A stretch of DNA of 43,320 nt from Nanobdellota archaeon (GCA_043814765.1 JBDRJQ010000027.1:1-43320), one strand, 5' to 3'. Counted from the first letter of the stretch, positions 1 to 10,840 are shown. Numbers and translations are program-made. Notes: generated from the letters alone by a model not told the origin.

Positions 1-1
1 T

Positions 2-184
2 TGGGCAGTTATCGCAATAATTATAGGAATAATATTTTTAGTATTTGCTATAATATGGCACTATAAAAATAAAATATTCAAGAAGAAACCAAAACATCAG
101 GAGCAACCTAAACCAAAAGAACATCCTAAAGAGAAGCCAAAAAAAGACGAAGCACCAAAAGAGATACCCAAAGGAGTCACCTAA
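2..184 (+). CDS. 3' end of a membrane-anchored protein (truncated by window edge)
   Basis: Frame 2 reads WAVIAIIIGIIFLVFAIIWHYKNKIFKKKPKHQEQPKPKEHPKEKPKKDEAPKEIPKGVT*: a TM helix followed by a basic, Pro-rich tail. Confidence 0.7.
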   Translation, partial: WAVIAIIIGIIFLVFAIIWHYKNKIFKKKPKHQEQPKPKEHPKEKPKKDEAPKEIPKGVT

Positions 185-340
185 ATTAAAGAACAATGGC
201 GGCAAACGTTGAGAGGGTCAATTATGGTATATTTCTGAATTCAAAGACTTATTGATGTCGTATTCGTTTTTTATTACATCTGTCAACTAGTAGAGATATA
301 TGAACACACGTTTTTAATAAACATTCCCAATATATTCATT

Positions 341-1783
341 ATGGCAGAAAAAGAAGATAAGGAACAACAAGGATTGAAATACAAAAAAGAACAGTTTAGC
401 GATTGGTATACAGACGTTGTCCAAAAAACAGAGCTGGCTGATTATGCTGCCATAGCAGGCTGCATAGTCTTTAGGCCTTATAGCTATGCAATCTGGGAAA
501 AAATAAAGGACATTTTTGATAAAATGATTAAAGAAACTGGTCATCAAAATGCCTATTTCCCACTGTTTATACCTGAGAGGTTCCTTAAAAAGGAAGCAGA
601 CCATTTCTCGGGGTTTGTTCCTGAGGTTGCCTTTATTGAAAAGAAAGAAGATGATTCTGAAAGATACGCTTTAAGGCCAACCAGTGAAACAATCATTTAT
701 GATTCATACGCAAAATGGATTCGGTCATGGAGAGACTTGCCTCTGCTGCTTAATCAATGGTGCAATATAATTAGATGGGAAGTGAAGGCAACCAGGCCTT
801 TCCTAAGGACAAGAGAATTCCTGTGGCAGGAAGGTCACACAGCTCATGTATCTGAAGAGGAAGCAGAAAAAGAGGTTGCATCTATCATGTCCATGTATGT
901 TGACCTAATTCAAAATTATTTAGCAATACCTGTATTAACCGGAAAGAAAACTGAAATAGAGAAGTTCGCTGGTGCGCTGCGTACTTATACTCTGGAATCT
1001 CTCATGCCAGATGGCAAGGCTCTCCAGATGGGTACGAGCCATAATCTTGGGCAGAGCTTTGCCATAGCGTTTAATATAAGGTTTGTGGACAGGGATACAA
1101 AAGAGAAGCATGTATGGACAACAAGCTGGGGCATTTCCACAAGATTAATAGGCGCTTTAATAATGATGCACGGCGATGACAAGGGGCTAATCCTACCACC
1201 AAAGATAGCGCCTATACAGGCTGTCATTGTGCCTATCTACAAATCTACAAACAAGAAAGAAATTCTAAAAGTCGCGGCTAAGCTAAAGAAAAAACTGAGT
1301 GATTTTTCTGTCAAAGTAGATGATAGGGATTACTACACACCAGGCTGGAAATTCAACGAATGGGAAATGAAAGGCGTTCCGCTCCGCATTGAAATAGGAC
1401 CAAAAGACATTAAACAAAAACAGGTTATTCTGGTTAGAAGAGATACTGGTGAAAAAAAAGCAGTTAAAGTATCTCAATTAGAAAAAATAATAAATACAAA
1501 ACTTGATCACATTCAATCCAACTTATTCAAGCGTGCAAAGAAATTCCTTGATAGCAATATTCATGAAGTAACCAATTTTAAGGATTTTGAGAATGTCATT
1601 AAGAAAAAGAAATGCATGGCTAAAGCCAAATGGTGTGGAGAAACCAAATGTGAAGAGGAGATTAAAGATGAAACAGGCGCCACAACCAGGCTGATTATAT
1701 CTGGAAAGAAAAAAGTCACTGGCAATTGTGTTCACTGCAACAAAAAAGCCAAAGAAGTTGTTTATTTTGCCAGGGCTTATTAG
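341..1783 (+). CDS. proS: Prolyl-tRNA synthetase, archaeal/eukaryotic type
   Basis: LRPTSET, QWCNIIRWE, FLRTREFLWQEGHT, TSWGISTR motifs; C-terminal Zn domain ending FARAY. Confidence 0.98.
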   Translation: MAEKEDKEQQGLKYKKEQFSDWYTDVVQKTELADYAAIAGCIVFRPYSYAIWEKIKDIFDKMIKETGHQNAYFPLFIPERFLKKEADHFSGFVPEVAFIEKKEDDSERYALRPTSETIIYDSYAKWIRSWRDLPLLLNQWCNIIRWEVKATRPFLRTREFLWQEGHTAHVSEEEAEKEVASIMSMYVDLIQNYLAIPVLTGKKTEIEKFAGALRTYTLESLMPDGKALQMGTSHNLGQSFAIAFNIRFVDRDTKEKHVWTTSWGISTRLIGALIMMHGDDKGLILPPKIAPIQAVIVPIYKSTNKKEILKVAAKLKKKLSDFSVKVDDRDYYTPGWKFNEWEMKGVPLRIEIGPKDIKQKQVILVRRDTGEKKAVKVSQLEKIINTKLDHIQSNLFKRAKKFLDSNIHEVTNFKDFENVIKKKKCMAKAKWCGETKCEEEIKDETGATTRLIISGKKKVTGNCVHCNKKAKEVVYFARAY

Positions 1784-2599
1784 TTAGTATTCATAATCCA
1801 GAACCAGTTCCCCGTCTGCGTTCCACATTCTTAACTGGTCCCCGTCATTGTTCCAGACAGCATGATCCTGATTCCAGTAAAGTTTTTCTCCAGTGTTTAT
1901 TCCGGTACCTGTGTAAACAGTGAAAGTTGTTTTGTTCGCGATTGTGAAATCCGGGAAAATGTAGGTTTTTTCTGTCGCGTCTGAAAGCTTCCATCCTGTC
2001 ATCTCTACGGGATAAGTGCATTTGTTCCTGAACTCAACATACTCAGCATTCAGATTGTCGTTGTCATCACCTGCAGCATTGTATTGAAACCATGATATGC
2101 CGATGCAGAAGCCGTCAGCCAAATCCTGATATTTCCAGATACCTAAGTTGCTAGCCTGCGCATAGTTCTGGGCGTCTCGAAGCTCACTTTCATACTTGTG
2201 GTCTGGTTCTATGATCAAAACTTCAGCATAACCTTCCCTGACCATGAGAACATCTATGTTCTGGTTGTTCAGCCACACATATCTTAGCGAACGCTCATAC
2301 TTGTCCTTGTCTGTCTCGTCGGTTTCTAGTGTAACATTCTTTCCATCTATAAGCTCTGTCAGCCTGTCTGTCGCTTCCTGCCAAAGAATCTGCCCTTTCT
2401 CTGGGGTGTCTATACCCAGAAGCCTCACTCTCTCTTCGTTTTCCAGCTCTATTGTATCGCCGTCTATAATGCGCGCGACAAAGGCGATATCTCCTATAAC
2501 ATTACTTTCTTCAGAAGGTACGGGTTGATTGACTAGTATTATGGATACAGCTACCGCAAAAAATACAGCAAGGATTATTATCGTGGCGTATCGAGACAT
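1784..2599 (-). CDS. Exported thermonuclease (SNase) fused to a lamin-tail domain
   Basis: N-terminal hydrophobic anchor; IIDGDT, VRLLGIDTPE, DKYERSLRYVW; C-terminal NAEYVEFRN...VWNNDGD. Confidence 0.9.
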   Translation of the reverse strand: MSRYATIIILAVFFAVAVSIILVNQPVPSEESNVIGDIAFVARIIDGDTIELENEERVRLLGIDTPEKGQILWQEATDRLTELIDGKNVTLETDETDKDKYERSLRYVWLNNQNIDVLMVREGYAEVLIIEPDHKYESELRDAQNYAQASNLGIWKYQDLADGFCIGISWFQYNAAGDDNDNLNAEYVEFRNKCTYPVEMTGWKLSDATEKTYIFPDFTIANKTTFTVYTGTGINTGEKLYWNQDHAVWNNDGDQLRMWNADGELVLDYEY

Positions 2600-2652
2600 A
2601 TTTAACGATTGTTATGAATAAATTAATAGTTATTGATAACAAAAGTGAGAGT

Positions 2653-5034
2653 ATGATTGAAGGAAAGCGCTGGGACAAATCGTTTGAAGAACCGATAAGG
2701 AAGAAATGGAAGAGTAGTGGTGTCTTTAAATTCAATCCAAAAACCAAGAAGAAAGTGTTTTCTATAGATACGCCTCCTCCATATGTTAACACTCCTATTC
2801 ACATAGGACAGGCAACCACTTACACAATACAAGACATTATAGCCCGATACAAGAGGATGCGCGGGTTTGAGGTTCTGTTCCCGTTGGGTTTGGATAGAAA
2901 TGGCCTGCCAATAGAGATGGCAGCAGAGAAGAAATTCAAAAAAACAGTTACAGATGTTGGCAGAGAGAAGTTTATCTCACTTATAGAGAAGATGCTTAAG
3001 GAAACAAGTGCAGAATCAACAGACAATTTTTACCAGTTAGGTGTGTCATTCAATTCATGGGACAGAGGAGAGAGTCCTGGTGATGTTTATTACACGGATT
3101 CAGAAAGTTACAGAGCATTAACACAGTCCACGTTTATAGATTTATGGAAACGCGGTCTGATTTACGAATCAGACAGAGTAAACAATTACTGTCCGGACTG
3201 CCAAACCACTATTGCAGATTCTGAGATACATTACAGGGAAGTTCCGACCAATTTCAATGACGTTAAATTCAAGGTAAAAGAGACAGGCAAGGAAATAATA
3301 ATAAGCACAACAAGGCCAGAGTTATTGTGCAGTTGCGCAATGATTTTGTACAATCCAAAAGATTCGCGCTACAAAGACCTGAAAGGCAAGACTGCAATAA
3401 CACCGTTATATAATAAAGAAATTCCTATAAAACCGCATCCATACGCAAAGACAGATGAAGGAACAGGTCTTGTTATGATGTGCTCCTTCGGAGACTACAC
3501 TGATGTTCGCTTCTTTAGGGAGGAAAATCTGGAGCCAATAATAGCAATAAACAGGAACGGCACAATGAATGAAAAGGCAGGTTTTTTAAAAGGCTTAAAA
3601 ATCAAGGATGCCAGGGAAAAAATAATATCCGAGCTGAAGAAGAAGGGACTGCTTGTCAAACAGGAGAAAGTTCCTCATAGATCTCCTATATGCGAAAGAA
3701 GCAAAACACCCATTGAATTTATAGGAATGCCAGAATATTATCTGAAACAGCTGGACTTCCTTCCAGATGTCAAGAGAATTTCAGACAAAGTAAAATTCTT
3801 TTCACCCCAGTCAAAACAGTTTTTAGCGGACTGGGTTAACACAGTTTCCACTGACTGGCCAATATCCCGCAGAAGATATTATGCAACGGAAATACCTTTA
3901 TGGTACTGCAAGGACTGCAAAGAGCCAATTGTTCCGCCTAAAGGTAAATACTATAAACCCTGGAAAGAAAATCCTCCCATCAAAAACTGTCCTAAATGCA
4001 AATCCAGTGATTTTGTTCCAGAATTAAGAGTTTTTGACACATGGTTTGATTCATCAATATCACCTCTTTATATTTTGAAGTATCCTTCTAAATTCTTTGA
4101 TAATGCTCAGCCATGCTCTCTTAGACCACAGGGAAGAGAGATAGTTAGAACATGGCTTTACTATACACTTCTCAGGTCGTTCCAGTTAACAGGTAAAAAT
4201 ATATTCGAAAACGCATGGGTACATTATCATGTTATTGATGAAAAGGGATTGAAGATGTCCAAATCTCTTGGCAATGTTATCTATCCTCCTGAGATACTAG
4301 AAAAATTTGGTGCAGAGCCATTCAGAGCATGGTGCGCCCTAGAAGGCAATATCACTCTATCAGACATGAGATGTTCATTTGAACGCATAGAAGGCGTTGC
4401 AAAATTCTTAACAAAGCTTTGGAATGTTGCACGCTTTGTTTCACTTTTTGAAGACAAATATAAGAAACACAAACTCATGCCAGCTGACGAATGGATACTG
4501 AAAGAGCTAAACAGACTAGTAGAATTCACTATAGAAAAATATGATAACTTTGATTTCCATGCACCAATGACAGCCATAAGACACTTCGTATGGGAGACGT
4601 TCGCATCGCATTACTTAGAGCTTGTTAAGACAAGAGCCTACAATCAGGATAAGAAGTTCAGCTTGGAAGAGCAGGGAGGAGCAATATTCACTTTAAACAA
4701 AGTTCTTGATACGCTTCTATTATTAGCAAACCCAGTGATACCTTTCATAACACACAAGCTTTACAGTGACATGCGTTGCAAGGAAATAGAGAATGAAGCC
4801 TTTCCTGAGATTGACAAGAAGATGATAAAACTAGACATACCTTTCAAAACAGAAGAGCTTGCAGAAATCAACAGCAATATATGGAAAGCAAAAAAAGACA
4901 AGGGTCTTTCTCTAAAAACACCGATAAGAGAAGTAGAGATACCGAAGAGTTTGAGCTGCCTTGAAGATGACTTCAGACTAGCGCATGGCATTGAAAAAAT
5001 AATTTACGGAAAGACTTTCAGAGTTAAGTTTTAG
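2653..5034 (+). CDS. valS: Valyl-tRNA synthetase, archaeal type
   Basis: FSIDTPPPY, HIGQ (HIGH-like), DWPISRRRY, FDTWFDSS, KMSKS; start placed at ATG 2653 (track ORF starts at 2614). Confidence 0.95.
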   Translation: MIEGKRWDKSFEEPIRKKWKSSGVFKFNPKTKKKVFSIDTPPPYVNTPIHIGQATTYTIQDIIARYKRMRGFEVLFPLGLDRNGLPIEMAAEKKFKKTVTDVGREKFISLIEKMLKETSAESTDNFYQLGVSFNSWDRGESPGDVYYTDSESYRALTQSTFIDLWKRGLIYESDRVNNYCPDCQTTIADSEIHYREVPTNFNDVKFKVKETGKEIIISTTRPELLCSCAMILYNPKDSRYKDLKGKTAITPLYNKEIPIKPHPYAKTDEGTGLVMMCSFGDYTDVRFFREENLEPIIAINRNGTMNEKAGFLKGLKIKDAREKIISELKKKGLLVKQEKVPHRSPICERSKTPIEFIGMPEYYLKQLDFLPDVKRISDKVKFFSPQSKQFLADWVNTVSTDWPISRRRYYATEIPLWYCKDCKEPIVPPKGKYYKPWKENPPIKNCPKCKSSDFVPELRVFDTWFDSSISPLYILKYPSKFFDNAQPCSLRPQGREIVRTWLYYTLLRSFQLTGKNIFENAWVHYHVIDEKGLKMSKSLGNVIYPPEILEKFGAEPFRAWCALEGNITLSDMRCSFERIEGVAKFLTKLWNVARFVSLFEDKYKKHKLMPADEWILKELNRLVEFTIEKYDNFDFHAPMTAIRHFVWETFASHYLELVKTRAYNQDKKFSLEEQGGAIFTLNKVLDTLLLLANPVIPFITHKLYSDMRCKEIENEAFPEIDKKMIKLDIPFKTEELAEINSNIWKAKKDKGLSLKTPIREVEIPKSLSCLEDDFRLAHGIEKIIYGKTFRVKF

Positions 5035-5411
5035 TCACTTACATCTTGATTATTGTAAACTGTTCTGTCCTTAAAATCAATATGCTCTGGTATTTTTTTT
5101 ATTTGCTCTACAAAACCATATATAGCAGTATCTAAATCAGTTTTTTCTGTTCTATAAACATCACTGAAATCATCTTCCCATGCAATAAAAGAGAAAAGAT
5201 TGTCTGCACTATGATAGCTAAAAGAAACTTGACCAGTTGAATCTCTTCTATCATCATAAGCCCAACTCCAAGTGAACATGTCTTTTTTTGGCCCCTTGTT
5301 TCTTACAGGACCGCGAAAATTACCATAATCTTCTTCTCCTAAATAAGGGGCTGTAGCTTCAGCTAAACAAGACCCAATCCCATTCAGCTTAATCTCAATA
5401 TTTTCATTCAT
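5031..5411 (-). CDS. Hypothetical protein (ORFan) downstream of the palindromic promoter motif
   Basis: 132-aa ORF; the track's GTG start lies inside the operator palindrome, so ATG 5411 is preferred. Confidence 0.7.
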   Translation of the reverse strand: MNENIEIKLNGIGSCLAEATAPYLGEEDYGNFRGPVRNKGPKKDMFTWSWAYDDRRDSTGQVSFSYHSADNLFSFIAWEDDFSDVYRTEKTDLDTAIYGFVEQIKKIPEHIDFKDRTVYNNQDVSD

Positions 5412-5423
5412 AATATCACTTAT

Positions 5424-5460
5424 TGTCACTTATTAATAGTGACATAGTAGGGTTTATAAA
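5424..5460 (-). promoter_or_regulatory. TATA box plus palindromic operator, copy A
   Basis: TGTCACT-TATTAAT-AGTGACA (5424-5444), 8 nt, TTTATAAA (5453-5460). Confidence 0.8.
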
Positions 5461-5544
5461 GGTTACCGCGCATCTATGCCAACCCTTAAATAATTTGGAT
5501 GACATATAGTTTTAGCTTAATTTTGAATTTCGCAGAAGATTGTT

Positions 5545-5910
5545 ATGAAAGCACAAACCCCTGAAGAAGAATTCAATCAGTACGAATCAATAGTGGATGA
5601 AATAAGAAAACGTTATGGGGCAATTTCGAAAAGCAAATACGAAAGCGTTGTGAATCTGCTTTTAGGGGGCATGCATGCAGGACTTGAATTTATTGACGAT
5701 TTGCCTTCCATGTATGACGACAACAGGAATATGCTGGAAATTTACATTACGTTATTAAAACAGCATGAAGAATTCAGGAAAGCCGAGCTTCATAGCGAGC
5801 AGGGAAGCATTCAGTTGCCCAGGACAAGAGACAATGGCATTAATGCAGCAAGAAGATATGTTCTTGAAGCTAATAAAGCATTAAATTTGGTAGAAGGGCT
5901 TGACCTGTAA
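5545..5910 (+). CDS. Hypothetical protein
   Basis: 121-aa ORF filling the intergenic space; no family recognised. Confidence 0.7.
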   Translation: MKAQTPEEEFNQYESIVDEIRKRYGAISKSKYESVVNLLLGGMHAGLEFIDDLPSMYDDNRNMLEIYITLLKQHEEFRKAELHSEQGSIQLPRTRDNGINAARRYVLEANKALNLVEGLDL

Positions 5911-5944
5911 TCGTTTTTTATACCAATCAAAACAACTATCTATC

Positions 5945-6847
5945 ATGATAGAAATTGTATTCCTTGGGACTGGTTCCGGTATTCCGAGTACTTATAGAAA
6001 ACCTGCAGCTATATGGCTTCATTACGACATGGATAGTATGCTTTGGGATTGTGGTGAAGGAACCCAGATGCAGTTAATGAAAGCTAAATGTAGCTTTATG
6101 AAGATTAAAAATATCTTCATCACTCACTGGCACGCTGATCACTGGGCAGGCCTAATAGGCCTTATGCAGACAATGGGTCTCGAGGGGCGCAAAAAACCTT
6201 TGTACATTTACGGTCCTGATGCCGAAAGATTCATTGGCGACATTTTGGATTTGGATTATTGGGGACCAAGCTATAAAATAATCCCTGTTAATGTTCCATA
6301 TGAAGGAAGCGAAGTAACAAAGATTTTTGAAGGAGAAAAGTATGACATTCTTTCTACTCCCACAAATCACGGTGTTCCTTCAGTAGCTTATTGTTTCAAA
6401 GAGCGTGATGTTAGAAACATTGATCTGAAGAAAGGAAAGAAATACGGTCTTAAGCAGAGTCCTCTTGTTGGCAAACTGAAGAAGGAAGGCAGTGTAAAGA
6501 TAGGCAACAAGACAATAAAACTGGAAGATGTTTCCAATGTTAAGAAAGGATTGAAAGTTGTTTATAGCGGTGATACAAAGCCATGCAAATCTCTGGAAAC
6601 TTTAGCAAAGGATGCTGACATTCTCATCCATGATTCCACGTTTACAGATGAGGCAGACAACAAGATGCACAGCGGCGCAAGCGACGCAGGCAGCTTAGCT
6701 AAAAAAGCAAAAGTAAACAAACTTATCCTCACTCACTTCTCGCGCAGGTACACTAATGTTGATCAAATTCTAAAAGAAGCAAAAGCTATATTCAAAGATA
6801 CTGAAGCCGCTAAAGATTTCATGAGAATCAAGCTGAAGAGAGAATGA
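5945..6847 (+). CDS. rnz: Ribonuclease Z
   Basis: FLGTGSGIP, DCGEGTQ, THWHADH, YSGDT, LTHFSRRY metallo-beta-lactamase motifs; exosite arm. Confidence 0.96.
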   Translation: MIEIVFLGTGSGIPSTYRKPAAIWLHYDMDSMLWDCGEGTQMQLMKAKCSFMKIKNIFITHWHADHWAGLIGLMQTMGLEGRKKPLYIYGPDAERFIGDILDLDYWGPSYKIIPVNVPYEGSEVTKIFEGEKYDILSTPTNHGVPSVAYCFKERDVRNIDLKKGKKYGLKQSPLVGKLKKEGSVKIGNKTIKLEDVSNVKKGLKVVYSGDTKPCKSLETLAKDADILIHDSTFTDEADNKMHSGASDAGSLAKKAKVNKLILTHFSRRYTNVDQILKEAKAIFKDTEAAKDFMRIKLKRE

Positions 6848-6934
6848 TAAACGGTTTATAAACCTTACCCTACGCATTTATAAACCATCTTTCTTTTGAT
6901 AATACATTACGTAGCAATTACAAGGATTGATATT

Positions 6935-7210
6935 ATGAGCAACTACAAATACATCAGTAACAGGATTTTGAAGAACAAGGCAGAAGAAGAGAAGGGGTTC
7001 ATAAAAGTGAGAGTGCCTAACGATTCCAACACTGCTGAAGGGATGTACAAGTGTCCTGAATGCGAAAATCAGGAAAAGGTAAGCCAGGAATTCAAGCGGC
7101 CATTTAATATAGAATGCTCCAAATGCGGATTCTTGATCAGAATGGCTAAACTAAAGGAAGAGATCAAGAAAGAGAAAGCAAAAGAGAAAAAGAGATCCAG
7201 AGGCGCTTAG
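6935..7210 (+). CDS. Small basic Zn-ribbon protein
   Basis: CPEC...CSKC pair, Lys-rich C-terminus. Confidence 0.75.
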   Translation: MSNYKYISNRILKNKAEEEKGFIKVRVPNDSNTAEGMYKCPECENQEKVSQEFKRPFNIECSKCGFLIRMAKLKEEIKKEKAKEKKRSRGA

Positions 7211-7211
7211 T

Positions 7212-7898
7212 TTAATAACCCTTATATTTTTTCTTCCTTTTGAATTTTAGATAGTAAACAGCTCCTGCTATAACTACCACAACTATAATTATAATTAATA
7301 CTGTATAAGGAAGATTCTCTGGTTTTGAAATGCTTTCTGCTACAGGTAAAGTTATATCCTCGATAATGGTTGTCAGTGTTTTTGGTTCTTCTTCAGCATC
7401 TGGTTCTGGAGTTTTTGGTGTTGGAAAGTCTCCTCCTTCAGATGGTATAATACTTCCACCACCCCCTCCTCCGCCAGAAGTGCCACCATCGGCTGGAGGC
7501 GCTGAAGTTCCACAAACAGGATTAAATGGTGCATCTTCATTTTGCGAACATAGTAAACCCCCATCACATGCTATATTCTTTGTTGTGCAGTCTGGGTTTG
7601 AAACAACTATTGATAACAAGTCAGATGAACAGAACAGTTCTACATCGCTTACACATGCGCATTTGGAAACATTATCCGTATCAATAAAACAAGAACCTTC
7701 TGCACCTAAATAATCAAACGCGGTGCATATCTCATAAATTCCTCTTTCAACACAGTCTGTGTCCAATTGCCCATTAAACGCGTGCATTTTATCATCAAAG
7801 AATCTACACTCATGTATTTCATTATATTCACATGCATCAGCTGAAACAAGAGGAACTAATAGCACGCAAAAAACCAAAACCAGAGCAAATATCTTCAT
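7212..7898 (-). CDS. Secreted Cys-rich surface protein with Gly/Pro linker and C-terminal TM anchor
   Basis: Signal peptide (LVPLVSA), about 12 Cys in the ectodomain, poly-G linker, TM helix followed by KFKRKKKY. Confidence 0.8.
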   Translation of the reverse strand: MKIFALVLVFCVLLVPLVSADACEYNEIHECRFFDDKMHAFNGQLDTDCVERGIYEICTAFDYLGAEGSCFIDTDNVSKCACVSDVELFCSSDLLSIVVSNPDCTTKNIACDGGLLCSQNEDAPFNPVCGTSAPPADGGTSGGGGGGGSIIPSEGGDFPTPKTPEPDAEEEPKTLTTIIEDITLPVAESISKPENLPYTVLIIIIVVVVIAGAVYYLKFKRKKKYKGY

Positions 7899-7964
7899 GA
7901 TTAATTATTGCTTTCTGGAACTTATATTTACTCGGAAAACAAATTATAAACATATGGTGTTTTT

Positions 7965-8855
7965 ATGAAAAAGCGTCTTCCTATCCTTCCAATGTCTATT
8001 GAAAGAGCATCTTCTCTATCAAAACACCTGCTCAGTTGGGGAGATTTCTTTTCAACAATGTTTCCATCTTTGGATTTTGAGCTGGATCAATCTGGAATAG
8101 AATTCGAACCTAGAGAATGGACGGCTTTAGCGTTGTTTTCTCTTATTTTTTATTTTGGGTGGCTCTTTTCATTCCTATTTGCTGTGCTGTTGATAGTCAG
8201 AATAGAATTGTTTATGGCACTTGCAGTTTCAGGTTTAGTGGGATTATCAATAGGCATAGCATCATTTTCTTACATAATATTTTATCCAAAACTGTATGTT
8301 AATAGAAAGGTTAAAGATGTCGAGAAAAATCTGCCCTTTGCTTTAAGACACCTTCTAATAGAGGTTCGTTCAGGTGTTCCATTATTCAATGCACTTTCTT
8401 CAGTTGCAAGGAGTAAATACGGTCAGCTATCTGTAGAGATGCAAAAAGCTGTTAACGAAATTAACACAGGAAAATCTGAGATAGCATCGTTGGAATTGTT
8501 AGCCAGACAAAATCCATCACTTTATTTCAGAAGAATTTTATGGCAAATCGTTAATGCTCTAAAGTCCGGAGCAGATATAGCATCCACCTTAAAGGAAATA
8601 GTTAACAGCGTGGCATTAGAACAGAGCGTAGAAATAAAACAGTATGGTGCTCAATTAAATCCTATAGCGTTAATGTACATGATATTTGCTGTAATATTCC
8701 CTACGCTAGGCATTACGTTTTTGCTGGTAATATCGTCCTTTATTGGACTTAGCCTGAATCTAGAGTGGATACTGATAGGCATTCTAGGGTTTTTATTCAT
8801 CATCCAATTCATGGTTATTGGGCTTATTAAAAGTAAGAGGCCAATAGGAATATAG
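7965..8855 (+). CDS. T2SS F / TadC-like pilus platform protein
   Basis: EKNLPFALRHLLIEVRSGVPL...QIVNALKSGADI; multiple TM helices. Confidence 0.9.
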   Translation: MKKRLPILPMSIERASSLSKHLLSWGDFFSTMFPSLDFELDQSGIEFEPREWTALALFSLIFYFGWLFSFLFAVLLIVRIELFMALAVSGLVGLSIGIASFSYIIFYPKLYVNRKVKDVEKNLPFALRHLLIEVRSGVPLFNALSSVARSKYGQLSVEMQKAVNEINTGKSEIASLELLARQNPSLYFRRILWQIVNALKSGADIASTLKEIVNSVALEQSVEIKQYGAQLNPIALMYMIFAVIFPTLGITFLLVISSFIGLSLNLEWILIGILGFLFIIQFMVIGLIKSKRPIGI

Positions 8856-8856
8856 C

Positions 8857-9702
8857 ATGGTTAAAATATTCAGTCACAAATTTGAAATCGCGTTCATAAC
8901 AATTGGTGCAGCTATATTGGTTTTTAATTTCTTATTCTTATTTGAGAGTGCGATATCATTTCCTATAATCAACGTTCTGGGAGGAGCAATAGCTGTTGTC
9001 CCATCAACACTTTTATTACTTAATAGCCGCAGAAAAACAAAACAAATAGAATCTCAGTTCATAAACTTTATAAGAGACTTGACAGAGTCTATATCAACTG
9101 GAATGACTTTGCCAATGGCATTACAGCATTCTTCGAAAAAAGACTACTTGGCGTTATCACCTTACATCAATGACATGGCTGCGCAGGTTGATTGGGGCAT
9201 TCCATTTTCTAAAACTCTACAAACATTTGCAAAAAAAACTAAATCAGCTCCTATAAGAAGAGCAATAAGCACAATCATAGAAACCTATAAGATGGGAGGA
9301 AAGATAGCAGATACTTTAAACTCTGTTAGCAGATCGTTGATAACAATAGAAAGAATAAAACAAGAAAGAGGCGCATCTGTTCATGCCCAAATAATAACTT
9401 CTTACATGATTTTCTTCATTTTCATATTTATTTTAGTTATACTACAAGCATTCCTAGTGCCTGCATTGACCCCAGAGCAACCGATTGGTGCATCAGCAAT
9501 TGCAGATACAGGAGTTGATAGTGAGGTTTATTCAGAGAGTTTTGTAAACTTTATTGTAATTCAAGGGCTTTTCGCAGGACTGGCAACAGGTAAGATGGCA
9601 GAAGGCTCAATAATAGCAGGCTTTAAACACTCGATACTGCTGGTAGTTGTTGGTTACACCACGTTCTCTCTGGCTCTTCAGTTCCAGTTCTCTATATTTT
9701 AA
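8857..9702 (+). CDS. T2SS F / TadB-like pilus platform protein
   Basis: FIRDLTESISTGMTLPMAL, QVDWGIPF, IQGLFAGLATGKMAEGS. Confidence 0.9.
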   Translation: MVKIFSHKFEIAFITIGAAILVFNFLFLFESAISFPIINVLGGAIAVVPSTLLLLNSRRKTKQIESQFINFIRDLTESISTGMTLPMALQHSSKKDYLALSPYINDMAAQVDWGIPFSKTLQTFAKKTKSAPIRRAISTIIETYKMGGKIADTLNSVSRSLITIERIKQERGASVHAQIITSYMIFFIFIFILVILQAFLVPALTPEQPIGASAIADTGVDSEVYSESFVNFIVIQGLFAGLATGKMAEGSIIAGFKHSILLVVVGYTTFSLALQFQFSIF

Positions 9703-9744
9703 ACATAGCTGTTTTTATTCTAAGAGAGGCATATATTAATTAAG

Positions 9745-10236
9745 GTGGATTTTTTGAAAGGTGCTCTTAAAGCTATATCGCCATTAATTGCGATTATTAT
9801 TATGATGGGTGTTGCTGTAAGCATAGGAGTTCTGATATCCAATTGGGTAACGCAATGGACAGCAGAGCAGATGGAAACTACTTCATCATCTTGCTCTCTA
9901 AACACAAACTTTGTAATTGATTCCGCAGTATTTAAAAACAGTACAAGCATTCTAACATTAAAAATAACAAACAAAAACAGCAGATCTTTGTACGGGTTTA
10001 GCGTGCAAGTAGTGAATGCTTCAGACATATTGGTTTTCAATGCTTCAGACGGTAATGTAACCTTCTCACCAAACATTACTTCTTCAAGCAAACTGCTTAG
10101 AGGCAGATCTATTTTTGTAAAGGTAAATTTAACAGGATATCCAACAATGGGAAGCAGTTTAACAGAAGTTAAAGTCTTTAACGAAGCATGCAATGCAGTA
10201 TCAACAAAAACAGAAGAGATAACACAAGAAGTTTAA
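9745..10236 (+). CDS. Archaeal type IV pilin-like protein (class III signal peptide)
   Basis: KA|ISPLIAIIIMMGVAV N-terminus; many N-x-S/T sequons. Confidence 0.85.
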   Translation: MDFLKGALKAISPLIAIIIMMGVAVSIGVLISNWVTQWTAEQMETTSSSCSLNTNFVIDSAVFKNSTSILTLKITNKNSRSLYGFSVQVVNASDILVFNASDGNVTFSPNITSSSKLLRGRSIFVKVNLTGYPTMGSSLTEVKVFNEACNAVSTKTEEITQEV

Positions 10237-10297
10237 TTTTGTAACAAACCAACAAAATGCCTAATATATATAAGGATAGAATAATAATAATAAACAT

Positions 10298-10753
10298 ATG
10301 AGAAAAAAAACCAAGAAAGGTATATCACCGCTCGTTGCTGCTATAATGTTAATAGCATTTACAATGGTAATTGCAGGAATTCTTGCCGGATGGGCAACCA
10401 GATTTACACAAACACAGCAGAGAGAAATGCAATACTGTATTGATGCCAAAGCATTCATTCAGGGTGGAAGTTACACATCTATAAACGCTACTCACGGAAC
10501 ACTTAAACTGGTTGTGTACAATAATGGTAAGGTCCCACTAGAGTTCATAGTTCTTCTTACGTACGCAGATGAAACAAAACATCCTGATAGTTTGATAGAG
10601 AGATATAAGGATACATTTACCACAGAAGGTGGTGAGATAAAAACGTTCACTATATCACCAATCTGGGATGATTTGCAGGAAGCTACAATACAGTCACAGA
10701 GATGCATGGGAGCACAGGATTTATTGCAAAAGGAATACATAGTAGGCATCTAA
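10298..10753 (+). CDS. Archaeal type IV pilin-like protein (class III signal peptide)
   Basis: MRKKTKKG|ISPLVAAIMLIAFT. Confidence 0.9.
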   Translation: MRKKTKKGISPLVAAIMLIAFTMVIAGILAGWATRFTQTQQREMQYCIDAKAFIQGGSYTSINATHGTLKLVVYNNGKVPLEFIVLLTYADETKHPDSLIERYKDTFTTEGGEIKTFTISPIWDDLQEATIQSQRCMGAQDLLQKEYIVGI

Positions 10754-10840
10754 GTTAGCTATTAAACATTTCCTGATTATTTTTATTATTAATAATCAGG
10801 CAAAAATATGTTTATAGCTGGCTTTGTTTAATATTATAAT

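Noticed and set aside
190..315. Possible small ORF or RNA upstream of proS
   Set aside because: Only a ~19-codon ORF with no SD and no convincing structure
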